Positions 25,735-57,547 of a DNA stretch of 64,000 bases are shown here, one piece after another. The notes beneath the pieces were generated by a model. The model did no database searches, was not told the DNA's origin, and saw only the letters and a program-made list of their open reading frames with translations. Numbering within the stretch: position 1 is the first letter of the stretch; each line of letters starts with the position of its first letter. A program made the position numbers and the translations under genes. The stretch comes from Paraspadella gotoi (lineage: Eukaryota > Animalia > Chaetognatha): contig CM119265.1 in assembly GCA_051294375.1 (NCBI GenBank), positions 24,735,605 to 24,799,604 on the forward strand. The letters run 5' to 3'.

Positions 25735-26642
25735 CTTCTTCTCTCTCTCTTCTCTCTCTCTCTCTATCTCTTGGTTCCTCTATTTTTCTCTCTCTCTCTT
25801 TCCTATCTCTCGCTCTCGCTTCTCGCACTGTTGCATTCGCGCTGTTGCATGGAAGGCCGTCAGCTGGATCAAAACAAACGAAAATATACATAGTTTTTTT
25901 TCTCTCTCTATTTTGCGAACTGAAAATGTTTTTATTCTCGCGGAGGAGCGTGACAGAGAACGTGACATCGAACGTGACAGCGAACGTGACAGCTCTCTGC
26001 CCTATTTTTCGCTTTTTCTCAGCCAAGAAATTGACTGTTCGATAAAATATTATCATAGAACCAGTTTTGATTTTTTCTTTCTTTTATTCGTTTTTTTTCC
26101 CAAACTCGTTTAAAAACATGCGTTGTATATATAACCGACTCAGATAAAAATATATCCCGCTTTTTATTCAATAATCGTAATTAAAAGATCCTAATTAATT
26201 TTAATCCTTGTTATTTTATTTTTTACGGATATATTATTGTATGTACTGAAATCAATTAAAAATAGAATTCTATTTAATTATTTGTAATTTTTTATTTATT
26301 TATTTTAAGTTTTTCTCGATTAAACCCGCTGTTGTTTATTATGTGTAGTTACTATGTATATAATATATATATATGTATAATTGTATTCAAATGTAAGTAG
26401 ATTAAATCTATCTAGTTATACCGTGTCCTACTGGTCTAGGCTGCAGACGACAAAGAGATTCCAGTCGTCATGTAATTTAGGGCAAATTGATAAGTTCATC
26501 TGCTACATTTGGCTTAGCGTGCGTTTTCCGACAGAGATTCGCTCTGGGCAAATGTAATTCAAGGTAAAAATAGCTCGCTTAGTTTTCTTTTCTCTCTGTT
26601 TGTCTTTGTATTTTGAATTCTCTCTCCTCTTCTCCTCTCTCT

Positions 26643-26690
<48 letters not shown>

Positions 26691-26804
26691 TTCCCAATTA
26701 CATAACTAAACACAATCTCGCCCGATTCATCCCATAATTGAGGGATTAGCCTTTCAAAAAAGTCGTGCCTTCTGATCCTCCATCTCTGACAAATGGAATC
26801 AGCT

Positions 26805-26849
<45 letters not shown>

Positions 26850-27138
26850 CTAAGCGATTAATACAATCGCATATTATGTTAAATATTTAGATTACTAATT
26901 CCAACGAATAAAATTTGTCTCGTTATCGTAAAACGTTAGCTTCTTTTTCCTCAAATTCGTCAAAATCTCGCGATTCGTGTTTCTTCTGTTTTCTTCTTTT
27001 TTTTTTTTCATTTTTAACCGTTTTATTTATTTTACTTTTTTATTCCTTATTTTGTTTTTCTTCGTTATTTTTTTTTCGTGTTTCTCTGCTTTCTCTCGGG
27101 TATTTCGTTTCCGCTGGTACAAAAAAGCGACGAATACT

Positions 27139-27187
<49 letters not shown>

Positions 27188-30100
27188 TCTCTCTCTCTCT
27201 CTCTCTCTCTCTGTCTCCTCTCTCTCTCTCCGTCATTCAAATCAGTCTGTTCATCTCTCTCGTCTCAGTCTCTAAAGTTCGTCGTTTCCGTCAAATCCTG
27301 TTTGTTTCTTCCTAACGTCACCTAGCTGCGAGTCCTTAAACGCACCTTTCTCATCTGTTTTCGTTGGTCGACCAGAGGGTCAATTCGTCTATAGTATGCG
27401 CGCAAAACCACAAGAGACTGACAACGGCAAGGAGGAAGACGCGAGAAGAGAGACCGAGAGAAGGAATTGGAGGAGGAGGAGAGTGAAGTCTCAGACTGCA
27501 GAAGAGACGTAGAGAGAGAGAGAGAGTAGAGAGATAGAGAGTATGAGTAGATGTAACTAATGAGAAATTGATATGAGAGAGGGATGCAGAAATCGTACGT
27601 GCGCTGTGGTGTTTGGTTAAGCAGGAAGAATGTGGAGAAGACGGAAAAATACGTCGCGGAGGAGAGAAGCGCGACTAAGATGATAGACCACAGACAAAAA
27701 ATACGGTTAAGGGAGATAATCGATTACTTCGGAGAGGTAAAGAACAACAATCACAGGAAGATAAGGGAAATAAAAAATAAATAAAAGACGCGTCTAAATA
27801 GAATAGATTATTAAGAGAAAAAAAAAGAAAGATAACTAGAATGAGATCAACACGAAAATTCGGGCCTGAAATTGTAAATTATTGTAGGGCTCACGTAATT
27901 TTGTAAAGGAATAAAAAAAAGATATATGCTAACGGTGTTTAGGTATTTAGATTAGGAACACAGCATAGTAACAAAGTACTGATTAATTTGAAGATACATT
28001 AAAAGTACTAAAAAAGCTATAAAAACATATAAATAGTACTTGAGGGTAATGGATTTTTGGAGTTAAGATATTTAAATTATTAATTATTAATAATATAATA
28101 TTATCAGAATCTGTTTTTAATGCTTTTATTTTGACATTGTTACGTTTTTTTTGTTTATACACTTGTCACCAACGTACACTAAATATTCTTTTACACCTCA
28201 TTTAAAACCAAATAATCCAAAATAAATACAATTAATACAGAGTGAACGGCGACACCCAGTGAGAATTATTTAATATGCTGATGACTTGATAATCCAGATA
28301 ATAACGCTCCTAGTAGAATTTCACTACTTCCAGTCAGTCAATACGCGATGCAATATCATGCGAATCCAGGATTTATGATTCCAATTAAAGCTCCTTGGTC
28401 GGTCCCTACATTCAGATCGATGCTCTGGCTCGTTATCGCTCTCCTGCGATAGCTGTGATCCAGCATTTGGCTCAGAGATGGAGGTATGCTAAGCAAGGCT
28501 ATCACTGAGGACTTTTATAACTGAGAGATTCGGCTCGATCCTTCCACAAAATGACGTAAGGCGTGTTGATTTAAATTGACTATCGGCGGAGATTGGTCTT
28601 TAGTTCTGTGATGTTTAGTTAGTTGTATGGTCATCGCCAGTTGTGGGGAAATGGGGTAGTAGAAGTGATGATAAAGAGATCGTATCTTATCTTTGTCACG
28701 AGTCTATAGTACTGAGCTAGAGGAGATGAGGTTCACTAGATGACCGTACGTGAGACGATGATGTGCAGAGATGACGCGACGATATTTCCCCAATCATCCC
28801 CACACATACACAATATATCTACCAGCATCGAGTAAAGTAATCAACCCTATATGCTCATGTTCATATCCTTTTTGCCTTTCACCTCTTTCCTCCGAACCTT
28901 TTCCACTCATTTTTCTTTTACCTGCCTCCACAGATTGTCTGTGTGCCTCTGAACAATTCTGCCTCCTCGTATTCTGTCCATTTCGAACCACCACCAGCAC
29001 CCGCTAATGCCCAATGTTACGCACTGCATGCAACTTTATATTTTTCACACCTATGCAATATATCTTCATCCTCTCTCACTCTCGTCTCCATCCTCGTTGC
29101 TCTATTTCTTCCCCCCTTCTCACCCTGTCGTCTCGACAGCTATCGCGACCCGAGTAGCACATCCCCCGCCTATTTCTCACTATCTCTCTCCGCACGGATA
29201 ATTAGAATTTATAGCCGGCGTTTGTTATGTCCTTATGTGGTTCACATTGATTCTCCATACTTACGATTCTGAACTTACATTATTACTACATCTTTACTCT
29301 ATCTTCACGGACAACAAAGAGGTGGATACTCGCTATCCGCGGTTTTCTCTCTATCTTATTCATATAACTATAGATTCCCTCTTGTACTCCACTCACTACA
29401 TATAACCACAAGCCGGGTCTTATCGGAGACCTTAATATAAAATATAACAATATTTCAACAAATAATTAAATTAGCAAATTTCTCTATCTTTTTCACTCTG
29501 ATATTTTCCTCCGAGATACAATGAACAATAATCATAGGAATATTCTGATCAGGTAGAGGTCGAAGAACTAATCAATATAATAAAAAGTGATGTTACATAT
29601 GGTATTATTACATTAGGTATTCTTTTGATCTATGTATTCGAATATCTACATAATAGATATTAATATAGAGGAGAATTCTATAATAATTTTCCATGATATT
29701 TTCTGAGATATCGTAAAGTTTATAAATTTTATTAATCCATATATTATCGAATTCTATAACCTAAATTCAATTTTTATGAGATCACACCGAAGGTGTATGT
29801 GAGTGATTATAAAAATATGACAATCATACTAGCTTTGTAATCATATACATTTAGAACTATAGTGAGAAGACAAAATCATTGCAAAAAGACATTGGTGATT
29901 ATCCTAAATGAGTATCACTGAATGCGAATAATCTTTAGTCGATTAATTCATATTACTTGGCTCAGTAAAAAATACATGCGAGAGGATAAAAGATGGGTGC
30001 GCTAGTACGAGTTTCTCAATCAACGGTTTGTCACTTGTACGATCCGTTAACGGAACGAGAGGGCGGACACATTTTTCTCGTATAAATTATTTGGGTAAGT

Positions 30101-33100
30101 ACGTCTCTCTGCTCTCTCCTTCAATCTGCAATTTGTTTTCTCTTCTCCCGTCGAAGATTATTAATAAGCGCGGATATCTTTTCACTGTGTTTTTTCTTAA
30201 TGTCAAGATTTTCCCATTTGATTTTTTTAGAGTGATAAGAGTGCAGCGCAACTGTATATGAACCACAGGTTCTTATCCCTGTATAATTAAACTTTGTGCG
30301 CATTGGTGTTAACGTTGATATTGTGACTGCTCCAATAGTCTTTGTTGCGACGTCGAGACATCATCCATGCATATATCGAGATCCAATAGACGAGAGAGAA
30401 ACCTTGCACAATATCATGTAGCGAGAAAGCAAAAGAAGATCGACGCATACGAAATATGGTGGATAATCACAGTAGGAGCGATGAGAAGTATTTTAGAAGG
30501 AACTCAAAGATGATCAAGAGCAAGGAAGAGCTGTGACCTGTGAGGTGCGAGCGCGGCACGAAGAGTTGCACTCGTGGTGAGTTTCGACGGTGGAACTCGT
30601 CGTGCGAGGAGAGCAGACACGACTCCTTGAAGCATCTGCACTTTTAGTCAGTTTCTAGGATCGTACTATCAGCGCGGCATGTCGGTATTGCTTTTGTTAT
30701 TGGAGTGTGTCGCGATGCACAGGCAGATTTATTTTGTTTGTCCGAATTGGCGCCAAATATGAGAAGTGATTATAGTCATTGGAAGTAGAGGAGAGACCAT
30801 GTCATATGTGAACTGTAATTCGATCGAGAGTTAGTTGTATCGAGCGAATATGATAGAGACAGAGTCCTATTCATATCGTTCCATTTCTATCTCATCGTTT
30901 GGTCGTTGTGGTTGTAGTCTTCCGTTCCGCGAGTTTGAATGACAATGAAATCAGACTGAAATAATTAGTGAAGAGGTCTGAACAGATTTTAAGAATGTCA
31001 CAGAGCGGATTATGCGACGACGGCCGAGACACCGAGGGACGGAAGACGACGACGACGACGCGAAAGATTAATGTTGGCATCGGTTCCGATCGAGAGTGTA
31101 TGCAGATGTATCGAAGGGAGCGGAGAAGGAAGGCGCGATGCCTGCGATGCAGATCGTCAGACGGGTCAAATTAAGAGAATAACTCCCCTGGACAATATGT
31201 CTGAACTATGAGAGAAAGAAATAGCTAGCTTTGAATGTACATGACTCTAATTGGCGTCTGCGAGTGTCATCCGTGATAAAGTGATTGAGAAACGTCTGCC
31301 GGAGATTGTTACACAGCTGTATTTCAGAAATCATTAATATCAGATTCAACAGGATATACATTATGTATTGAGCGGAGAGAGAAGACCGGTATACGGGACA
31401 GCATATAGGAGAGTACGGAGTGAGAGTTACAGAGAGAGCGGAAACGATCTGTAGAGGAAGTGAGAAGAGATTAACTGCTACCAAGGGGTAAGATCGACGA
31501 GAGAAGAAGCCGGAAGAAGTTAGAAGATGAGTAGCGCAGTATCAGAGGAGGGATGAGACGGTGACTAATTAGGACGGAATAGGCATCTGACGACAACAAG
31601 ACACGGATCAAGAGGAGCGACAATAGGATTAAGAGACCGCAGACAGCACACCAGCCACGCAGCATAGACGAGGCAGGCGAGAGAGAGCAACGGAGCTGGG
31701 CAGAGTCCTCCGCGATCGCTTGCCCTCGTGCTCGCGGTTCTCTTCTTTAGACACCAACCACCGCATCTTACTACTACTCCATGTGGTGTGTGCGGTGGTG
31801 GGCAGATTTTCTTTGACGTATTGGTTTCAATCTACAAATAACGCAGAGTGCCCAGAGGTATGTGGCGTCGGCTCATCCGTACTTTCGGCCGTGCGTTGGC
31901 GTTCAGCTTCTTGCTCTCGTCGTCCGCTCTGCGCCGCTCGTACGCCGAGCGAGAGATCCCGTTCTTCGTCTTTGTTTCACTTAGTCGTCTTTCGTCGTCT
32001 GTTTCGTCTTGTCGAGCTGCGTCGGTGCGTTCCGATTTAGCATCGAGAAGAACAGATTAAGAATGTAATGCGACGCGTGAGACGTTCGGGTCAGAACCGC
32101 TGGAGAGCAGGGTTGGGAGGGGGGGTGGAGGAACAAAAACAGTTTGGAGGTCTGAGTAGGGGGAGTAGATTAGTTGAGGTTTTGAGTGGTGAGACGGGCC
32201 AGGTTCGAGTTTCAAAGAGTCAATCTAGTTGCTGATAACAGCTTTTCGATCCTGCACATTCAAACCTATTAATTTTTTTTACGCTCTCTGTTCTTCATCT
32301 TTCACCGATACTACACCCCCCATTCCCACCCTCCCTTTTCTCCCCCCCCCACCCGATTGTTCGTAACTTCGCGGTTTTATCCATAGTCGGATCTATCTCT
32401 TTCGTCCCGTCTGGGTTGTCTTGACCTCGTCGCGCATCAGATCGTGGAGATGACGGTGATGAGGACGGCGACGGCTAATTGGGAAAGGGAGAATGGATTC
32501 TCTCGACATACAATGACCCATTAAATTTGGATTCTAGCGAACGCAATACGGGAAATTTGACTTTGCTGGAAGATCGGTGATCCTTGGAAATGGAGCTGAA
32601 ATATTAGTCGCTACACATAGTGCTATCACATCTGTCCAATACTTCTTCATTTCTTTGTCTGTTATTCTAAATCAATAATCCAAAATTCTCAATCTCATCT
32701 CTCGGTCTTTTCAGGTTCCAATTGCATCTGACGAACGTTTGACTATCAATTTAGCTGGATTTTGCAATACCGTTTAGCAAATCGGCGTGGAAAGGAGGAG
32801 AGAGAGTAGAGGATGGAGAGAGAGAGAGATAGAGAGAGTGAGAGAGAGGAGAGAGTGATGTAGATGAGAGTAGTTAATTTTGTATGCGAAATTCGATCTA
32901 TTTACATTTTGATGATAGATCGATATCTGCTTTTGTTATATGATTACCTATTACTACGGAGTGATTCGTATACATCAGTCTTTATGAATAACCGCAGATA
33001 TTGGGACTCATGACAAAGAGAACACTGATTACTTATATAACCTCATGGTCACACTAGTACATTAGAAAGACACGATCTCAATGAGGTCAAACTACCAAAG

Positions 33101-33657
33101 AACAATGTATGAAGTTAATGGAGGCCAGTAAGAGTATAGAGAGAGAGTCAGATAGACACAGAAAAATATAAAAAAGAAAGAAAAAAAAAACCACCGACGA
33201 CGACGACGAAGACGAATACGACGCCACAACCGTAATTGATTTATAAAAAGAGTAAACAAGCGTCTGGGAAGGGAAGAAAAAGCGTGGGAGACTTTGCCAC
33301 TCCGTCTCTCTCCCTCTCTCGTTCTCTTTCTTTTTTTCTCTCTTTTTCTTTTTCTCTCTTTATTTTTTCTCGTAATCTCTATTCTCTCTTTATTTTTCCC
33401 TCTCTCTCCTTCTCGCTCTCTCTCACTCTTTCTCTCCCTCTCACCTTTTTTCATTTAATCTCTTCATTTCCTCTCCTCGTTTTTTCCCCTCTTTCTCCTC
33501 TCTCTTTTCTTTCCTTCCTCTCTCTCCCTTCTCTATTTTTTTTTCTGTAATGTTTTGAAATTCGTTTTAATTGGGAATTCAATTAAGCGTAATCCTGACG
33601 CCATTAATCATGAATGAAATTTTTTTTTCAACTTTTGTCCAGGGGAGTTATTCTCTT

Positions 33658-33710
<53 letters not shown>

Positions 33711-34089
33711 ATGCTCCAAAGTAATTGGAAGGAAGGGAAAAAAATTTAATTTGCGCCAATGGAAAAAAAAAACTTTTTTGTGAGAAGCAACTACAAAGTC
33801 GCCCAACGTGGATCCTGGACTGAAAAGTCGATGTTCGGTTCGTGCGTGACGTACGAGTCAGTTCGAAAAACGAGGATTTCGCGCGAAAGGTAAGGTCGAT
33901 ATTAACTCCATGTTTATGAGAAAATCTTCGAGGTGATATTTTTGTTTTTTTAAATAGTTAGGTTATTTTTTTATTTGATCCGATCGCGTTTTGAGTCGCA
34001 CAAAATATAGCGAACAATTACGTAACACCTTCGCAAAGTTTAAATAAGGANNNNNNNNNNNNNNNNNNNNNNNNNAGAGAGAGATTGAT

Positions 34090-34346
34090 AGTGTAAAATT
34101 GTATTCAAATGTATAGTAGATTAATATACTCTAGTTATACGTGTCTATCCTGTCTAGGCTGCAGACGACAAGAGATTCCAGTCGTATGTAATTGTAGGCA
34201 AATTGATTAAGTTCATCCTGCTAATTGTGGCTAGCTGCTGCGTTTCCGAGAGATTCGCTCAGGCGGCAAATGTAATTCAAGGTAAACATAGTCGCTATCG
34301 TTTTCTTTCTCTCTGTTTGTCCTTTGTATTTGATTCTCTCTCTCTC

Positions 34347-34383
<37 letters not shown>

Positions 34384-35410
34384 GGTTCTCTCGTCTCTCT
34401 CCGGTCTCGCGTCTCTCTGCCGTCTCGTCGTCTCGCTCTCTCCTCGGTCTTGCCAATTTAAGCATAAAACACAATCTCGCCCGATTTCATCCATATTGAG
34501 GGCATTGCAGCCTTCAAAAAAGTCGGTGCGCTCTGACCTCGATCTCTGACAATGAATGGAATCAGCTAGAGAGAGATACGATGAGTAGAGTCGAGTTGAG
34601 CGAGAGAGAGAGGAGAGAGAGAGAGAGAGAGATGAGAAGAGAGAGAGAGAGAGAGAGAGAGACTGAGGGTAGAGAGAGATAAAAAGGAAGAAAGGAAAGA
34701 AGAAGTAAAGAATGAGAGAGGAGAAAAAAAAGAAGAGAAAGACAGAAAGAGAGAGCAGAGAGAGTGAGAGATAGGAGGAAGAGAGAGAGAGAGAGAGAGA
34801 GGAGAGGCGAGAAGAGAGAGATAGAGAACTCTAAGGCGATTAATAGCAGATAGCATATTGATGTTAAAGTATTTAGATTAACTAATTCCAAACGAATAAA
34901 GTTGTCTCGTTAATCGTAAATAACGTGTGCTTCTTTTTCTAACTTCGTGACAAAATTCGGTCTGCGATTGCGTGTTTTCTTTCTGTATTTTTTCTTTTTT
35001 GTTTTTTCTTTTCATTTTTATAACCGGTTTTTTATCCTATTTTTTATCCTTGTTATTTTTGTTTTTCTCTCGTTATTGTTTTTTTCGTGTTTCTCTGCTG
35101 TCTCTGTTGTTTCCTGCCTCGGGTTCGTTTCGGGCTGGTAAAACAAGCGGGACGAAATTTCTCTCCTCTCTCTCTCTCTCATCTCTCTCCGCTCTCTCTT
35201 TTCTCTCCGTCTCTTCTTCTTCGTCTGGTCCCCCTCTCGTTCTCTCTCTCTCTCTCTTGGCTCTGCTCTCTTCTGTTTTCTCTGGTCGCGTCTCTCTGTC
35301 GTCCGCTCCCCCCTCCTTGGCGCTCCCCCCCCGTCCTCCTTCCTGCGCTCCTGCTTCTCTCCTCTTCTCCCTCTCTCCCGTCATATCTTGTTTATTAAAC
35401 GTCACCCTGC
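34090..35410 (+). repeat. Noisy third copy of ~26370-27340
   Basis: TCTAGGCTGCAGACGACAA..GAGATTCCAGTCG and CACAATCTCGCCCGATT occur in both. Insertion-rich. Confidence 0.8.
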
Positions 35411-38400
35411 GAGTCTAAACAGTTTCTCTATCTTTTTTCTTGCGAGAGGCAATACGTCAATGGGAAGAGGCCAGACCAAGACGGATTGAGGGGGTGAGTC
35501 TCGCTCACTTTTTACTAAATAATTTTAGCGGCGGTCGAGGGGGGGAGAGGGAAATGTAGAGGGGGGGGGGGCGGCTATTTGAGCATCGTTGGGAGATAAT
35601 CTGATTCCTGGGTACCAGAGGAGAAAAAGCCAATTGAAATTTTTGAGAAAAATCATGTCAAAATTGCTTATTTAAATATTTGAAGCTTTTTAAGAGGAAA
35701 GGTCATGCAGCCATACAATACGTAATCATTGATGTAATTCAGAGCTAACTACATCGAGAAATACTCGTAATCACCCAGTATCACAAAAGTTTTAATTTAT
35801 ATGTCACATTGTGTTTTGATATATTTTTTTTGAAATCGGTAAATAAGAAAAAAATTTTAAGATTAAATGGGTAAGCACATTTTTAAAGATTTTTTTTTCA
35901 ATCTGTTTGTTAAAAAATTCTAGGTAGAAAGTTCAAAAAACCGGTCTGGGTTAGTTTAGGAAGGGAGAATTAAACAATTAATCTTCGTTACTTCTCTGTT
36001 GTTTTTCCAGTCATGAACAAAATCTTCCAGTTAAATAGATGGTAAAGGCAATTCGAGCTACAATGAAATTACACCTGATTGTGAAGAGTTGCAGCTAGAC
36101 GTGGCAAATAATAGTTGATTTAAAAATTTGATTAGAATCCTTAAAAACTTTGTAAAATGTAATAGAGAGACATTTTGATAAACGCGTTTCCGTTAGAAAG
36201 AATTCAGGGTAAGTTTAAAATTTCATTTTCAAGGATACAAGTTGAAATTTAAAATGTTCTCTTTAAACATTTTTCTAACTTCAGTAATAAAAAATTCGAT
36301 AAAAAATATCAGATGGTTGGCCTTTTCGTCTTGCCTGCAACTCTTCAGCATAGGGTTTCTGTTTATTTTTATTATATCTAAAACCGAGTCTAAAATGGGT
36401 AGAATGCATGTCAAATGTTTAAAGTGAATGACATTTTCCGGATCGCCAGGAGCTCTGCGCTTTTCTCTCCCTGCAATTTGTACTGCCAATTTTTGAGGCT
36501 ATTTTGAAGTTGAATTGAATGGACCACTTTTTCTTAAAAGGATTTTGGACACAATATAAAATTACTGATTTAGAACAATTAAAGTACAAAAAGTATAAAA
36601 ACATATAAAAAGAACTGATTGGATTGGAAGTTTAGAATTTAAACATTATATATATATTAATAATATAGTATATCAGAATCTGTTTTTCTTTATAAAAGCT
36701 TATTTTGAACATTGGTTAGTTTTTTGTTTTTACTAGTTCCTCAGTACACCGTGACATTCTTCAAACATAATCCAATAAAACAATTAATAGCAGAGGAACG
36801 CAACCCATGAGAATTTTAAATCGTGACGAATCCAGAAATACTCCATAAATTCAATTACCAGGAGTCAACGCGATGCAATAAAGGAAATCCAGGTATTTAT
36901 GATTCCATTAAAGTTGGTCGTCCCTACATCGAACGCTTGAGCTGCTCGCTTCCAGCGAAAGCTTAGAATCGTTCCTTGTAGTTAATAAAATTGAGTTCGT
37001 CGTCTTATTCAACGAAGGGCTGTTATTATCTTGAGTTGTTTACTGTTGATTTATTGCTCGCGCAGTGCGATGTATTGTTTAATATCGTATCTTCTTTTCA
37101 AGTCTTTCTCTTTTTCTCCTCCGTTGCTTTCTTTTTCTCCTCATTTTCTTTTCTTTCATCCTTTGCGTTCTCTTTCCTTCTCTTTCCTTATCTTTATGCC
37201 TCCTACTTTTCTTTTTTACTCAACTTTCCTTTTTTCTCTGACCATCGCCTCTCAATTTCCTTTCGCCGCCACCTCCTCTCTTATCATTCTGTTCTCTCTC
37301 TCCTCTCTCTCTCTCTTCTCTTTTCTCCACTCCTCTCTCCCCTGTTTCACTCCCCCTGCCCCCTCTTTCTCTATCTCTCTCCGCACGGAAATTAATTTAA
37401 GCCGGCGTTTGTTTTCCTTTGTGGTGTTTCGTGATTCTCTCTTTCCTCTTTCCTCTTTCCTTCTATTCGGACAACAAAGAGGTGGGCTCGGCTACCGCGG
37501 CGTTCCTTCTCTTCTATTATTTATCTTTGATTCTTGACTCCTCTCTCACTCCTCCCTCTCCTCCGCTCGACCCCCTCGTCTTCTCTTTTTTTCTCCTCTC
37601 TTTCATCTCTCTCGCTCACCGTTTTATCTCCCCTCGTCCACCTCCTGCTCTCTCCTCGCTTCTCTCTCTCTCCTCGTCTCTCTCTCTCCTGCCTTCCCCC
37701 TCTCCCTCCTCGCATGCCCTCCTCGCTCCCCGTCTTCTTCCCTTCCTCTCCCTTCTCTCCCTCTTCTCCCTCCGGCCCGTCTCCTCGCTCCCTTTCTTCT
37801 CTGCTCTGCTCCCCTCTCTCTCTGGCTTCGTCATCTCCCCTCCCTGCCCCTCGTCGCCTCCTCCGTCTTCTTCCTCTCGCTGTCTTCTCCTCTCTCTGCT
37901 CCCTCTTCTTCTTCCCTCTCTCTGTCCGTCTCCGTCCTCCTCTTTCTTTTCCGCCTCTCGTCTTCTCCTCGTCGCTCTCTCCTCTCGCTCTTCCCTCCTC
38001 TCCGTCTCTCCTACCCTGCTCGTCCGTCCTCTCCCTCTCTCGCCCCCTCTCCTCTCGCTCTTCTCTCCCCTCTCTCTCCCTCTTCCTCTCCTCTGCTCGT
38101 CCCTGCCGGGGCGGGGGCCTCTCCGTTCTCTCTCTCCGTCCTCCTCGTCTTCTCTCCTCCCCTTTCTCTTTCCCTTTTCCTCCGCCCGAAATGAAAAATT
38201 CAGGAAAATTGTCGACGAGGCTGGTCGAAGAAAAATCTGTTTGAGGTATTTTTGGTGTTACTTTTTTGTCTGTGAATATCATAAAATTAAGTTTAGAATT
38301 CTAATGCCAGTAGATTTTAATCTTAAATTTAATTTTAATTTAAGTTTTAATTTTACCAATCAATGTTGGTAAAGAAGTTGCGTATAGTTATAATATGCAT

Positions 38401-39811
38401 CATCGGTACAATTTGTTCTCATACTGTGGGGCAGATTGTGCATCATGTTTTGCTTATGTTACATTGATTTTATTTTTTATGCAGCTTTTCTACTGAGTTC
38501 GTTATTTTACTTTTGTTCTTCTCTTTATTTATTTTTTTTTTTTTTTTATTCTCTCGATTTAAGAAGTTAGGTTTTTTCTCTTTCCATATAAGTGATTAGT
38601 CTTACTGGAAACGAGAGGCGGACACATTTGTTTATAAATGTATTGGGTAAGTTTCTTCGTCGTCCTTTAATTGATTTGCTTTTGTTTTTCCTTCGTCTTT
38701 TTTAGAAGCGGATAATTCTTTTTTTCAGTGTGTTGTTTTTTTTTTTTTAGAGTTTCCCGCCCTTTTTTTTTGTTGAAGTTAAGGGTCCTGTTCTGCCAGG
38801 TTATTTCAAGGAAAGGAGGAGGAAAGAGAAAGCAAAGGATGAAAGAGAAAGAAAATGAGGAGAAAAGAGAAAGCAAAGGAGGAGAAAAGAGAAAGACTTG
38901 AAAAGAAAGATACGATATAACAATACATCCACTGGCGAGCAATAAATCAACAGGTAAACAACTCAAGATTAATAACAGCCTTCGTTGAAGACGAGAACTC
39001 AATTTTATAATGACAAGGAACGATCAAGCTTTCGCGGAAGCGAGCAGCCAAGCTTCGATGTAGGGGACCGACCAAGCTTTAATGGAATCATAAATCCTGG
39101 ATTTCCTTTATTGCATCGCGTTGACTCCTGGTAATTGAATTTATGGAGTTATTTCTGGGATTCGTCACGATTTAAAATTCTCACTGGGTTGCGTTCACTC
39201 TGTATTAATTGTTTTATTGGATTATTGGTTTATGGAAGAATGTTAGTGTACGTGGTGACAAGTGAAAACAAAAAAACTAACAATGTCAAAATAAGCATTA
39301 AAAAAACAGATTCTGATATATATATATATATAATTTTAAATTTTAACTTCCAATCCAATCAGTTCTTTTTATATGTTTTTTATACTTTTTTTGTACTTTT
39401 AATTGTTCTCAAATCAGTACTTTTTATATGTGTTCCTAAATCCTTTAATATATTTTAAAGAGCCTCAATATTTAAATAGCAATTTTGACATGAATTTTTC
39501 TCAAAATTTCAATTGGCTTTTTTCTCCTCTGGTACCTCAAGTAATCAGATTATCTCCCAACGATGCTCAAATATCGCTTCAAACAGCAGGGCGACTTTTT
39601 TTTCAAGCTTCTATTAAACTCGAGCCGCAGAGTGGAGACGTCAGCTTTATTCATTGCGTTTTAGATTAAATAATTCTTTTTATATTCTTAAAAGTAAAAA
39701 GGCCTTCGAAAAATCCGAGAATGACTCATTTTTTTATTTAAATCATTAATTGTGGATGCAACTTATTGTTATTTTTGTTTTTAATTTTCGTTGTTTATTT
39801 GACTTGCTTCG

Positions 39812-57302
<17,491 letters not shown>

Positions 57303-57329
57303 GGGGGAGGAAGGAGAGGGGAAGAGAGA

Positions 57330-57361
<32 letters not shown>

Positions 57362-57547
57362 ATGAGAGACTTGATTTTACGTTTTCCAATCTTGAAATAG
57401 CATAATTTAATGGTACATAATAAATTTTAAAAAACGCGCAATTGAATATTCAAATTTTAACATTTTTTCGCTACATTCCAGATGCAATAATTCTCGATAC
57501 TGTCTCTATAATTGTGAACAATAAACGGTCATAAGAACAAAGGAACA

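Larger units (their letters stand above)
22047..33195 (+). repeat. Left arm of an ~11 kb inverted repeat
   Basis: Reverse complement of ~39812-50970. The ORF track shows mirrored identical ORFs (e.g. 31720..32040+ = 40967..41287-; 27584..27784+ = 45229..45429-). Confidence 0.92.

Noticed and set aside
27400-33190. Novel ORFs in apparently unique sequence (and their mirrors at ~39850-45600)
   Set aside because: The block is a heavily error-laden copy of neighbouring sequence, so its ORFs are not credible.
37150-38190. Long ORFs (up to 317 aa) in a CT-rich block
   Set aside because: Low-complexity, stop-poor sequence that partly tracks ~29050-29400; likely a degraded read.
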